Assembly (NCBI GenBank): GCA_963660275.1 | Contig: CAVKXR010000001.1 | Span: forward strand, 1-38,893 | Length of the DNA stretch: 38,893 nucleotides | Source: Oscillospiraceae bacterium | Lineage (GTDB): Bacteria > Fibrobacterota > Fibrobacteria > Fibrobacterales > Fibrobacteraceae | Direction of reading: 5' to 3' | Shown here: positions 17,905 to 29,514 of the stretch, piece after piece | Numbering within the stretch: position 1 is the first letter of the stretch | How the letters are laid out: each line of letters opens with the position of its first letter | Notes under the pieces: generated by a model | Told to the model about the DNA's origin: nothing | Seen by the model: the letters and a program-made list of their open reading frames with translations, nothing else | Databases searched by the model: none | Made by a program: the position numbers and the translations under genes

Positions 17905-18599
17905 GCGTCGCGGTCGTCTGCATCTTTATCGCTTACGTGCTCGTTCCCAAGCGGGAATTTTCCATTTCCATCTTTCCATTGCGTACAAACGAAAACGTTT
18001 TCGCCTATGATGATTTGGCGGACGGAGGCTCTTCGGTTTCCCGGATGACCGTCTCGGATTCCGCTTTGGATTTTGAATGTACGCTCGGTGCGGACGCTTC
18101 GAAGGCTTGGTGCGGGATCATCTGGACTTTTGCCGAAAATACCCCGACAAAAAAATGGCGCTACGAAAACTGGAGCCTGGTGGATTCCATCCTTTTGCGC
18201 GTGTATTCGGAAACGGCTAGCGAAATCATCGTCAAGGTCTGGACATTCGACCCGGACGTGACAAACAGGGATTCGCTCCACACGTTCCGCCAGATGCTCA
18301 AGGAAGTTCCGCTCAAAAAAGGCGATAACCGAATTTCCATCGCCTTTGACGAGTTTTACGTTCCCGATTTCTGGTTTGCACAGACGGGCGCGGGAAAGGA
18401 GCTGGTCCAGCGTCACAAGGAACATGTCGCGCGTTTTGAAATCACGCCGGGCTGGGATGCGAAGCGTGGCGTCCCGATGAAGTTTCGGATTTTTTCCGTT
18501 TCCGCGAAGGGCACGGGGACGGTTGAACTTGCCATATTCCTTGCCGTAAGCGTTTTGATTGTCGTCGTCGCGCTCGGATTTATCAAGAAGAAAAGATGA
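17880..18599 (+). CDS. Membrane-anchored hypothetical protein with a beta-rich, possibly carbohydrate-binding-like extracytoplasmic domain
   Basis: N- and C-terminal TM helices. YDDLADGGSS and WCGI motifs. Similar to the next gene. Confidence 0.75.
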   Translation: MAKRIAILSVAVVCIFIAYVLVPKREFSISIFPLRTNENVFAYDDLADGGSSVSRMTVSDSALDFECTLGADASKAWCGIIWTFAENTPTKKWRYENWSLVDSILLRVYSETASEIIVKVWTFDPDVTNRDSLHTFRQMLKEVPLKKGDNRISIAFDEFYVPDFWFAQTGAGKELVQRHKEHVARFEITPGWDAKRGVPMKFRIFSVSAKGTGTVELAIFLAVSVLIVVVALGFIKKKR

Positions 18600-19357
18600 A
18601 ACGATTGGCTTGTCGCTGGACGGTTTTCTATGTAGCCTGCGTCGCTGTTCTCGCAGCGGTCTATGGAGCGTTTCACCGAAAGTCTCTTGTCCTGTGGCCC
18701 GGAGATTCGGCTCTTCCTAAAATTTATACGGATATTCGGGAAGGCGGCTTTTCGACTGCCGATTTTTTGGAGAGCGATAGCGCGATAGCCATTTCCGCCG
18801 TGTTGAATTCCGGTCTGTACCATCCCCATGCGGGAATTGAATTTCCGCTTTTGAGTGGAATGGAAAGCCTTTCGCTTTCCGGCGTGGATTTTTCCGGTCT
18901 GGATTCCGTCGCCATTACGTTCCGAGCGAATGCAGATGTTGCGCTTATTTTGTTCACAAGGGATCCGGTGATTTCTAAACCGGGTGACGTCTTAAGCTTT
19001 CGCCCACTTCGGATGGAAATTCCGGCGACCCGCTTCTATTCGGAAAAACGCCTCCCGCTTTCGCTTTTAAAACCGAGCGAACTCTGGCTGGACTTGCGCG
19101 GAATCGAACAGGACGGGAACCTCTACATGGACAATGTTTTGCAGGTTTCGGTCGAAACGGGGCGCGGCTCTCTCCTCGGCCTTCCGACGGAAATCGAAAT
19201 CAGGAAGTTGGAATTTTTCGGCACGAACCGGGTACTTGTCCGAATCTGTCTGATTATATTGTTTTTGGTAACGGTTTTCTATGTTCGGAGCGTGGTGAAG
19301 TATGGAAAAAAAGTGGCAAACCCGGAAAATGTCGGGCGAAGCGTCCGCAAACGTTAA
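18596..19357 (+). CDS. Membrane-anchored hypothetical protein, paralog of the preceding gene
   Basis: ATGA overlap and the same two-TM layout. YTDIREGGFS, HAGIEF and FTRDP motifs. Confidence 0.75.
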   Translation: MKRLACRWTVFYVACVAVLAAVYGAFHRKSLVLWPGDSALPKIYTDIREGGFSTADFLESDSAIAISAVLNSGLYHPHAGIEFPLLSGMESLSLSGVDFSGLDSVAITFRANADVALILFTRDPVISKPGDVLSFRPLRMEIPATRFYSEKRLPLSLLKPSELWLDLRGIEQDGNLYMDNVLQVSVETGRGSLLGLPTEIEIRKLEFFGTNRVLVRICLIILFLVTVFYVRSVVKYGKKVANPENVGRSVRKR

Positions 19358-20504
19358 GTTGATTCTCAAGTACGTTTCCGTCGTGCTTCTGTGTGCCTGT
19401 GGCGTCGCTCTGCTCTATTATCTGCGCGGCGTCCTGACGCCTTTTGTCGGCGCATTTCTCATCGCCTACATCGTGAATCCGATTGTCGATGCGATCGAGG
19501 ATCGTTGCCGGATAGTTCTCCGCCATCCGAAATTTCGCAGGCTCCCGAGAGGACTTGCGCGGGTCGCTGCGACGGTTATCACGCTCGTGTTGATGGCGTT
19601 GGCGATTACGCTCGTATGCCTGATTTTCATTCCCCAGATCAGCGCGGAGTTTAGCCGGTTCGGAACGCTCATCAAAAACTTTATGGCGGACAGCGCCTGG
19701 ATTCAGAAGTTTCTCGCCCTGATTCCCTCGGACTGGCGCGGTGAAATGGAACGCTTTGCCGCCGGTTCGCAGTTCCTGGAATCCCTGCAGGATATCAGTT
19801 TCTGGGAAACGGTGCAGTCGATGATCGCAAAGCTCTTGCCCGGAGCGATGGGCGTTCTTTCGGGGACGGCTTCTGTCGTTCTCACGCTGGTGAGCGTTGT
19901 CTTTATCGCGATGTACACGACTTTCTTGATGCTCGATATGCCGAAGATTTCCCGGAAGCTTCGAATTCTGATTCCGCTGGACTCCGCTGAAAAGCCGGAC
20001 CTTCTCCGCAAAACGAATCTCCTGATGAAGTCTTATTTCCGCTCCCAGAGCCTCGTCGCTTTTCTGGTGGGGGTTCTCTATGCGATTGCGTTCGGTGTCA
20101 TCGGGTTTCCGATGGGGATAGTCTTTGGTCTCTTCATCGGGATTTTGAACATGGTTCCCTATCTGCAGGTGGCGAGTATGCCTATCGCTTTTTTCCTTGG
20201 AATCATTTATTCGTTCGACACGGGCCTTCCGTTCTGGGAAGTCGTCCTGATCATCGCGGGAATCTATCTGGTGATTCAGATTATCGAAGACATGTTCATC
20301 ATCCCGAAAATCGTCGGGACGGAGATGAACCTGCCCCCGGTCCTTATCCTTCTTTCGATTTCCGTCTGGGGAAAGCTCCTCGGATTTATCGGGCTTGTCT
20401 GCGCGATTCCCTTTACGTGTATCGTCATCGCCATCTTCCAGGAATACGTGGAGCATCGCATTTTTCCGCGTCGCCGCAAGGATGAGATTCCCCCGAATGC
20501 GTGA
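19302..20504 (+). CDS. AI-2E family transporter
   Basis: PFVGAFLIAYIVNPIV, LNMVPY, QIIED..IIPKIVG..MNLPP, GFIGLVCAIP. Exact start uncertain. Confidence 0.9.
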   Translation: MEKKWQTRKMSGEASANVKLILKYVSVVLLCACGVALLYYLRGVLTPFVGAFLIAYIVNPIVDAIEDRCRIVLRHPKFRRLPRGLARVAATVITLVLMALAITLVCLIFIPQISAEFSRFGTLIKNFMADSAWIQKFLALIPSDWRGEMERFAAGSQFLESLQDISFWETVQSMIAKLLPGAMGVLSGTASVVLTLVSVVFIAMYTTFLMLDMPKISRKLRILIPLDSAEKPDLLRKTNLLMKSYFRSQSLVAFLVGVLYAIAFGVIGFPMGIVFGLFIGILNMVPYLQVASMPIAFFLGIIYSFDTGLPFWEVVLIIAGIYLVIQIIEDMFIIPKIVGTEMNLPPVLILLSISVWGKLLGFIGLVCAIPFTCIVIAIFQEYVEHRIFPRRRKDEIPPNA

Positions 20505-20553
20505 GAATCCCCACGGGATAAGGTTTTGAACGATTTTTTTTTGAGGAAAACTC

Positions 20554-20613
20554 TTGTTTTATGCCGAAAAAAAGGTATAATAATATCATTGAATCAAAAA
20601 TTCACTTAGGAGA
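20554..20613 (+). promoter_or_regulatory. Sigma70-like promoter and SD for the HU gene
   Basis: TTGTTT (20554-20559), 16-bp spacer, TATAAT (20576-20581); aggaga (20608-20613). Confidence 0.6.
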
Positions 20614-20621
20614 ATCAATCC

Positions 20622-20918
20622 ATGAACAAGCAAGAACTCATTGAATTCGTTCAGAAAGCCGCTGGCATCGAAACGAAAGTCGCCGCAACCGCAGCCGTGA
20701 ACGCTGTCCTCGACGGCATCACCGAAGGCATCAAGAAGGGCGGTCCGGTGCAGCTCATCGGTTTCGGAACGTTCAGTGTCAAGGAACGCGCCGCTCGCCA
20801 GGGTCGCAACCCGCTTACCGGCGAAAAGATCAAGATCAAGGCGACGAAGGTCGTTTCGTTCAAGGTCGGTTCCGAACTCAAGGCCACCGCGAAGAAGTCC
20901 AAGGCCGCGAAGAAGTAA
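20622..20918 (+). CDS. hup: HU DNA-binding protein
   Basis: MNKQELI, VQLIGFGTF, RAARQGRNP.TGE and a short Lys/Ala tail. Confidence 0.96.
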   Translation: MNKQELIEFVQKAAGIETKVAATAAVNAVLDGITEGIKKGGPVQLIGFGTFSVKERAARQGRNPLTGEKIKIKATKVVSFKVGSELKATAKKSKAAKK

Positions 20919-20936
20919 TTCGGTTCTTACCGGAAG

Positions 20937-20964
20937 AAAAATCCCGCCATTCGGCGGGATTTTT
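20937..20964 (+). terminator. Intrinsic terminator, potentially bidirectional
   Basis: aaaaatcccgcc-attc-ggcgggattttt, a perfect 12-bp stem. Confidence 0.85.
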
Positions 20965-21035
20965 GTATTTGTGCGGCAGCCGCTTTGGGGAGCCGAGAAA
21001 ATCTCGGAGAAAAAGAGGCGCCTTTGGTAAAAAGT

Positions 21036-21071
21036 TTGGAATTTGCCTTCAAAAAAATCTATAATGAAACC
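21036..21071 (+). promoter_or_regulatory. Promoter with -10 box directly ahead of the ATG (leaderless type)
   Basis: TTGGAA (21036-21041), 18-bp spacer, TATAAT (21060-21065), then 6 nt to ATG 21072. No SD. Confidence 0.6.
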
Positions 21072-21239
21072 ATGAAAAAGAAATTCTGCCTTGTCCTCTT
21101 CTTCGGATTTATTGCGTTTGCGACGTCGCTTTCCGCCTGTTCTAGCTCAGGATCGAGCAGCTCTAGCGGAACATCCGACGAGTGCACGGAAAATCCTTCC
21201 TCTCCAAATTGCACGACGGACGATAGCGAAGCGGAATAG
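21072..21239 (+). CDS. Small lipoprotein (55 aa)
   Basis: MKKKFCLVLFFGFIAFATSLSA-C lipobox, Ser-rich linker, CTENPSSPNC. Confidence 0.75.
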   Translation: MKKKFCLVLFFGFIAFATSLSACSSSGSSSSSGTSDECTENPSSPNCTTDDSEAE

Positions 21240-21242
21240 GCG

Positions 21243-21818
21243 ATGACCGAACGCGAAGCGTATCTGCGGCGAATCTTTGGCGAGCATTTTCGGACGTCGC
21301 CCGTCGAGGCTCTGGAAATGCGCCTTTCCTGCCAAAAGCTCCTGCATCGGCTGAACGCCTCTTCGCCGGAAGATTTTGAACTCCGCGAGGAATGTTTTCG
21401 CGAACTGTTCGGCAGCTGGGACGCTTCGGTGCATATCGAACCGCCGTTCTTTTGCGACGCGGGAAAGAACATCTTTATCGGCGCCGGGACTTTTATCAAT
21501 TACGGCTGTACGATTCTCGACACGGCGAAGGTTTCTATCGGCAAGCGTTGCTGGATCGCTCCGAATGTGCAAATCTATGCGGCGACGCATCCGGTCGATG
21601 CCGTGGAACGCCAAAAGGTATGTCTTGCGAAGCCCATTTCGATAGGGGACGATGTTTGGCTGGGTGGTTCGGTCGTCGTCTGTCCGGGCGTTTCTATCGG
21701 GGAGCGGTCCGTCATCGGAGCGGGAAGCGTGGTGACCCGGGACATTCCTCCAGACAGCGTAGCCTTTGGAAATCCATGCCGCGTCCACAGGGCACTCCCA
21801 TCTTCTCGTTCGGAATAA
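21243..21818 (+). CDS. Sugar O-acetyltransferase (Maa/LacA hexapeptide family)
   Basis: IEPPFFCD.GKNI.IG, IAPNVQIYAATHP, IGDDVWLGG, IGAGSVVTRDIP, GNPCRV. Confidence 0.92.
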   Translation: MTEREAYLRRIFGEHFRTSPVEALEMRLSCQKLLHRLNASSPEDFELREECFRELFGSWDASVHIEPPFFCDAGKNIFIGAGTFINYGCTILDTAKVSIGKRCWIAPNVQIYAATHPVDAVERQKVCLAKPISIGDDVWLGGSVVVCPGVSIGERSVIGAGSVVTRDIPPDSVAFGNPCRVHRALPSSRSE

Positions 21819-21897
21819 GGATGCGCAACTTTTGTATATTGTTAAAGATTGATTTTGACCCTCAGACAGGGGGCGTGATTCCCCCATTGGAAAATCT

Positions 21898-23493
21898 ATG
21901 AAAAAGAAAATCCTCTTCCAAGATACGTCTTTCCGCGACGGCTTCCAGTCCATTTTCGGAGCCCGCGTTTTTACAAAAGATTTTATGCCCGCTGTCGAAG
22001 CGGCTGCCGCGGCCGGCATCACCCATTTTGAAGCGGGCGGCGGAGCCCGTTTCCAGGCGTTATACCAGAACTGCGGCGAAGACGCCTTTGACATGATGGA
22101 TACGTTCCGCAAGACAGTCGGTCCGAAGGCTCGCTTGCAGACGCTCGCTCGCGGTATCAACGTGGTGGCGCTCGCTCCGCAGCCTTACGACATGATCGAT
22201 CTCCATGCGAAGATGTTCAAGAAGCACGGGATGACCCGGATTCGGAACTTTGACGCCTTGAACGATGTGAACAATTTGATCTATTCCGGCCAGTGCATTA
22301 CGAATGCCGGTCTTGAACATGAAGTCGTCGTGACGATGATGGAGCTTCCGCTCGGCTGCAAGGGCGCTCACGATCCGGATTTTTACGAGAAGGTCTTGAA
22401 GAGCATTCTCGACGCGGGCGTTCCGTTCGCTTCGGTGTGCTTCAAGGACGCTTCCGGTACCGCGAACCCGATGAAGGTCTATGAAACGTTCAAGCGCGCC
22501 CGCAAGCTTCTCGGCGACAAGGTGGAACTCCGCATCCATTCCCACGAAACCTGCGGCACGGGCCTTCGCCAGTATCTGGCCGCTATCGACGGCGGAGCGG
22601 ACGGCGTGGATCTCGCCCGCAAGCCTCTTTCCGGCGGAACGTCCCAGCCCGACCTTTTCAGCATGTATCACGCTCTCAAGGGAACCGACTTTGCGCTCGC
22701 CCTCGGAGAAGACGGCATTGTCGATGACGATTCGATCCCAAAGCTCATGGAAGCGAACAATGTCGCTGTCGAATGCCTCAAGGATTACAACTTCCCGCCG
22801 GAATCCCGCCAGATTTCCTCGGACGTGATTTTCTCCCCGATGCCGGGTGGCGCTCTTACGGCAAATACGCTGATGATGCGCGAAACGAAGACTTTCCACC
22901 TGTATCCGCAGGTCATTGCGAACATGAGCGAATGCGTCCGCCGCGGTGGCTTCGCCTCTTCCGTGACACCGGTTTCCCAGTATTACTTCCAGCAGGCGTA
23001 TGTCAATACGGTAAACAAGAGCAAGGGTCTCGATACGTGGCACAAGATTACCGAAGGCTACGGCAACATGATCCTCGGCTACCTGGGAAAAACGCCGTGC
23101 GAACCGGATGCGGAACTGGTGAAAATCGCCGCCGAGCAGATGGGCAAGAAGCCTTTCGCCGAAGTCCATCCGGGCGTCAAGTGCGCTGCGGAAATCCTCG
23201 AACCGGGCATTCCGCTCGCAAAGAAGCTCCTCGAAGAAAACGGTCTCCCGGTAAACGACGAGAACATCTTCATCACGGGCTGCCTCCAGACAAAGGGCGG
23301 AAACAAGGGAATCGACTTCCTCAAGGGCAACCGTCATATCGGCGTTCCCAAGAAGGATCCGAATGCCGCTCCCGCTGCAAAGCCGGCTGCCGCTGCGGTG
23401 AACACGAACGGCATGAAGGTCCAGGCGACGAATACTTATCGCGTTGCACTGAACGGTCAAAGCTGGGATGTGCAGGTCAGCACGCTCAAGTAA
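21898..23493 (+). CDS. Pyruvate/oxaloacetate carboxyltransferase (OadA/PycB-like) lacking the biotinyl domain
   Basis: DTSFRDGFQS, FKDASG, HSHET, PMPGG, VTPVSQ. No AMKM motif. Confidence 0.9.
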   Translation: MKKKILFQDTSFRDGFQSIFGARVFTKDFMPAVEAAAAAGITHFEAGGGARFQALYQNCGEDAFDMMDTFRKTVGPKARLQTLARGINVVALAPQPYDMIDLHAKMFKKHGMTRIRNFDALNDVNNLIYSGQCITNAGLEHEVVVTMMELPLGCKGAHDPDFYEKVLKSILDAGVPFASVCFKDASGTANPMKVYETFKRARKLLGDKVELRIHSHETCGTGLRQYLAAIDGGADGVDLARKPLSGGTSQPDLFSMYHALKGTDFALALGEDGIVDDDSIPKLMEANNVAVECLKDYNFPPESRQISSDVIFSPMPGGALTANTLMMRETKTFHLYPQVIANMSECVRRGGFASSVTPVSQYYFQQAYVNTVNKSKGLDTWHKITEGYGNMILGYLGKTPCEPDAELVKIAAEQMGKKPFAEVHPGVKCAAEILEPGIPLAKKLLEENGLPVNDENIFITGCLQTKGGNKGIDFLKGNRHIGVPKKDPNAAPAAKPAAAAVNTNGMKVQATNTYRVALNGQSWDVQVSTLK

Positions 23494-23515
23494 TCTTCAA
23501 AACTTCGGGCTTTTG

Positions 23516-23550
23516 GAATCCCGCCCTTTTTCGGGTGGGGTTCTTTTTTT
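23516..23550 (+). terminator. Intrinsic terminator
   Basis: Stem gaatcccgccc / gggtggggttc followed by T7. Confidence 0.8.
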
Positions 23551-23635
23551 CAATGCTCCAAAAATTTCCTTTGCCAAGGCGCTGGGCTTGTAGCTTGAAT
23601 TGTTGCCCGCTTACGAAAATTGTATTTTTACAGGC

Positions 23636-25447
23636 ATGAAATCCAGAATGTCTTTTGCGCGTGTCTTTTTCCGCTCCCTCCTTGTCTCGGGGCTTGCGGC
23701 AAACGTTGCTTTTGCGGCGGCGACCAAATCCGAAAAGAAAGCTCCCGGCGATTTTTACGAGGAGCTTTCGCGCCTGAACAAGGTCCTTTCGGAAGTCAAT
23801 CTGAAATATGTCGAGGATGTCGATCCGGCGGAACTTTCGGATGCGGCGATTCAGGGAATGCGGGGAATTCTCGACCCGCATACGGCTGTTTTCGCTCCGA
23901 AGGATTATGAGGACTTGAAGGTTTCCACGGAAGGCGAATTTGGCGGCGTGGGAATTACGATCAGCCTTCGCGACAATGTCTTGACCGTGATTTCTCCGCT
24001 GGCGGGGACTCCGGCGTTCAACCTGGGAATTCGGGCCGGCGACCGCATCATGAAAATCGACGGAAAGGATACGCACGGGTTCACGCTTGACGAAGCGGTC
24101 GGAAAGCTTCGGGGCAAGGTGGGAACCGACGTGACGATAAGCATTGCGCGGTCCGGTGTGAGCGAGCTGATGGACTTTACGATTACACGGGCAAAAATCG
24201 TCGTCCATGCGGTTCCGTATAGCGGCATGGTGACAAACGATATCGGCTACATCAAGCTTTCTTCGTTTTCGCTCAAGACGCGCGAAGAAGTGGTGAACGC
24301 CATTCACAAGCTTCAAAAGCAGGGGATGAAAAAAATCATTCTCGATTTGCGCTACAATCCGGGCGGACTGCTGAACCAGGCGGTGGAAATCGGCGAACTT
24401 TTCCTGAAAAAGGGCGACCTGATCGTGAGCACGCGTGGGCGCACGCAGCAGACAGAAAGCCGCGCTCGTCGGGACGGTATCGTTTCGCAGGATGTTCCGC
24501 TGGTCGTTTTGGTGAACCAGGGCTCGGCGAGTGCCGCGGAAATCGTTTCGGGAGCGATTCAGGATTGGGACCGCGGACTAATCATCGGCAAGACTTCCTT
24601 TGGGAAGGGATCCGTCCAGACGATTTTCCCCTTGGACAACCAGGGTTACGCGCTGAAGCTCACGACCGCTTTTTACTACTTGCCGTTTGGACGTTGCATC
24701 AACAAGCCGGAGAACGGAATCAAGGGGTTGAAGATTCGCGAGGAGGAGGCTTACGAGGATGAAGATTCGGAGACCGCAGATGCGGATACGCTTGCCGCGA
24801 AAAAGGATACGGTCGCAATCGATACGTTCGTGACGAACGCCGGTCGCAAGATGTTCGGCGGTGGCGGCATCACGCCCGATGTGGATATCGAACTTGACCC
24901 GATTCCTTGGGTTGTGCAGGTTCAGGAACGGATGGCGATGTATTTCAAGTTCGCCGTAAAAATTCGCCCGACTCTCGAAAAACAGGGCGCGAAGATTGAC
25001 GGGGACTGGCAGGTTCCGGATTCCCTGTTCGCTGCGTTCAAGGATTTCTGCCTAAAGGACACGAACTTCACAAAAATCAAGAGCAACTCGATTGCAACGC
25101 TTGAAATTTTGGAAAAGGGCCTGATTCGGGAACAGAACTTCATGGGAGATTCCTCCAAGACGCTTTCCGATTCGGCGCTGAGCTTCCAGGTGAATGCTCT
25201 TCGGAGCGCACTTGAAAACGACCGCAACAAGCAATTCGATGCGAACCGCGAATACATCATGTCCGGGATCAAGCGCGAATTATTGACCGCGGTGCAGGGA
25301 GACTCCGCCAGTACGGCGTTCATGCTCCAGAGCGATACGCAGGTCAAGGAAGCGATTAAGTACCTTTCCGACATGGAGCTTTACAAAAAGGCGATCAGCG
25401 CACCGTCCAAGGTGCAGGAAAAGTCCGGGAAAAAGAAGAACAAGTAA
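23636..25447 (+). CDS. S41-family carboxyl-terminal processing protease
   Basis: Signal peptide, PDZ (GEFGGVGI), DLRYNPGG, SASAAEI, GKGSVQ. Start taken at ATG 23636. Confidence 0.93.
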   Translation: MKSRMSFARVFFRSLLVSGLAANVAFAAATKSEKKAPGDFYEELSRLNKVLSEVNLKYVEDVDPAELSDAAIQGMRGILDPHTAVFAPKDYEDLKVSTEGEFGGVGITISLRDNVLTVISPLAGTPAFNLGIRAGDRIMKIDGKDTHGFTLDEAVGKLRGKVGTDVTISIARSGVSELMDFTITRAKIVVHAVPYSGMVTNDIGYIKLSSFSLKTREEVVNAIHKLQKQGMKKIILDLRYNPGGLLNQAVEIGELFLKKGDLIVSTRGRTQQTESRARRDGIVSQDVPLVVLVNQGSASAAEIVSGAIQDWDRGLIIGKTSFGKGSVQTIFPLDNQGYALKLTTAFYYLPFGRCINKPENGIKGLKIREEEAYEDEDSETADADTLAAKKDTVAIDTFVTNAGRKMFGGGGITPDVDIELDPIPWVVQVQERMAMYFKFAVKIRPTLEKQGAKIDGDWQVPDSLFAAFKDFCLKDTNFTKIKSNSIATLEILEKGLIREQNFMGDSSKTLSDSALSFQVNALRSALENDRNKQFDANREYIMSGIKRELLTAVQGDSASTAFMLQSDTQVKEAIKYLSDMELYKKAISAPSKVQEKSGKKKNK

Positions 25448-25450
25448 TTC

Positions 25451-26232
25451 ATGTTTGCCGTGTTGGACATCGCAGCCACGAGCCTCGGACATTATGTCCG
25501 TAAGTTCTTGGGCGTTGTCCAAGGATATTTCGTGTTCATGTGGGAACTCGGAAAAAGCGTTCCGAGTTCCTTTAAGAACTTTCATACGATTGTCGAGCAG
25601 ATGTATGTGACGGGCGTGACGAGCATTCCCGTCGTGTTTGCGGCAAGCCTTGCGACTGGAGCCATTATGGCGTGGCAGTTGGCTTACCAGTTCGGCGATA
25701 TGATTCCGCTTGTTTTTGTCGGAATGGCTGTCGGGAAATCCGTCATGGTCGAGCTTTGCCCCATTCTCACGGCGATGGTTCTTGCCGGACGCGTCGGAGC
25801 GTCGATGTGTTCGGAACTCGGGACGATGGCCGTTACGGAACAGCTTGACGCTTACAGTGTCTTGGGGTTGAACCCTTACCGGTTCCTGCTCGCGCCCCGC
25901 TTGATTGCGACGGTCGTGATGCTCCCGATTCTCACGGTCATCAGTATTTTCATCGGCATTTTAGGCGGCTATGTGACCGCGGCGCTTTACAAGGAAGTTT
26001 CATTCCATACATTCTTTTACGGCGTCCGCATGTTTTACGAGGACTGGGATTTTGCTGTCGGCCTCATCAAGGCGGCGCTTTACGGTTACTTCATCGCGAG
26101 CTACGCCTGCTTTTTCGGTTATAACACGCATAGCGGAGCCGAAGGCGTCGGGAAGAGCACCAAGGCGACTGTTGTCGCCGGGATGACCAGCATTCTCATC
26201 GGCGGATTCGTCCTTTCCAAGCTACTTCTCGT

Positions 26233-26236
<4 letters not shown>
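25451..26236 (+). CDS. MlaE-family ABC permease
   Basis: ELCPILTAMVLAGRVG, ELGTMAVTEQLDA, PRLIA, GAEGVGKST. Confidence 0.93.
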
Positions 26237-28481
<2,245 letters not shown>

Positions 28482-28483
28482 TC

Positions 28484-29497
28484 GTGAACATGAACCCCGC
28501 AGAACATCCGTCTTTTCAAGCCGTCTTGACATCGGTTCGTGGACAAGTTCAAAATTATCTGGACAAATCCGACGAAGTCGTTGCCGATGTTGCCCGTCTT
28601 GCGCCGAAAGGCGTGTCGGAGCGAATGGCTAAATTGATTGCGCGCAAAGGAAAGAAAATTCGCTCGACGATTCTTGCCCTGATCGCTACATCAGGCAAGG
28701 AGGCGCCTGATCTTTCGCGCGTGGCTCACGCCTGTGCGGGAATTGAACTGCTTCATTTGGCAAGCCTTGTCCACGACGATATTATTGACGAGACGACGGT
28801 TCGCCGCGGGCAGCGGACCGCTCATGTCGAATGGGGAAACAAGGTCGCTGTTCTCATTGGAGACTACATTCTTTCCCAGGCGATGCGCTGCGTCATCAAC
28901 GAGGAAACGCGGGAGATTCCGCTGCTGCTTTCTTCGGCGGCAAACCACCTCATTGTCGGAGAGATTAGCGAACTGGATTCCGCTGGGGATTTTGATCTTT
29001 CACTCGAACGCTACAATGCGATTATCGAAGGGAAAACCGCTGCCCTGGTGGAAGCGAGCGCCAAAATCGGAGCGTATATCGCGGGCTTTGACAAGGATCG
29101 GATTGAAAAATGTGGAAAGCTCGGAGCGCATTTCGGAATCGCTTTCCAGATAATCGACGATTTGCTGGATTACGGTGTCGGCGCTTCCAATCTGGACAAG
29201 GCGAAGTTTACAGATATTTCCAATGGCCTTGTGACGCTTCCTCTCATCTACTATTTCCAAACGGTTTCGCCAGAAGAAAAAAATGCGCTGCTCGCGCTTT
29301 TGAAAAAGGCTGCGGAACCCGATGTTCCCGAAGAAATTTGCCGCAGGTTGCAAAGCGCGGGAGCCTTTGACAAGGCGAAGGAAACCGCTCTCGGGCATAT
29401 TTCCGACGCGATGGAAATCTCGGATTCTCTTCCGGCGACGGAACTGGTCGAATCCTTGAAAACATTTCTTTTCTCGATGACGGAACGCGGCAACTGA
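28484..29497 (+). CDS. Polyprenyl diphosphate synthase (IspB/HepT-like)
   Basis: HLASLVHDDIID...RRG, GKTAAL, GIAFQIIDD. Confidence 0.92.
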   Translation: MNMNPAEHPSFQAVLTSVRGQVQNYLDKSDEVVADVARLAPKGVSERMAKLIARKGKKIRSTILALIATSGKEAPDLSRVAHACAGIELLHLASLVHDDIIDETTVRRGQRTAHVEWGNKVAVLIGDYILSQAMRCVINEETREIPLLLSSAANHLIVGEISELDSAGDFDLSLERYNAIIEGKTAALVEASAKIGAYIAGFDKDRIEKCGKLGAHFGIAFQIIDDLLDYGVGASNLDKAKFTDISNGLVTLPLIYYFQTVSPEEKNALLALLKKAAEPDVPEEICRRLQSAGAFDKAKETALGHISDAMEISDSLPATELVESLKTFLFSMTERGN

Positions 29498-29514
29498 TTT
29501 TTTGGGAGGTCTAG

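Noticed and set aside
19254..20456. 400-aa antisense ORF over the AI-2E gene
   Set aside because: Hydrophilic mirror of a hydrophobic membrane-protein gene, with no independent evidence.
21860..21887. Small hairpins in the carboxyltransferase leader (ggggg...ccccc)
   Set aside because: Stems of only 4-5 bp with no recognisable riboswitch consensus.
22060..23460. 466-aa antisense ORF over the carboxyltransferase (and the 288-aa alternative frame at 22773-23639)
   Set aside because: Shadow ORFs. Neither contains a biotinyl AMKM motif that could supply the missing domain.
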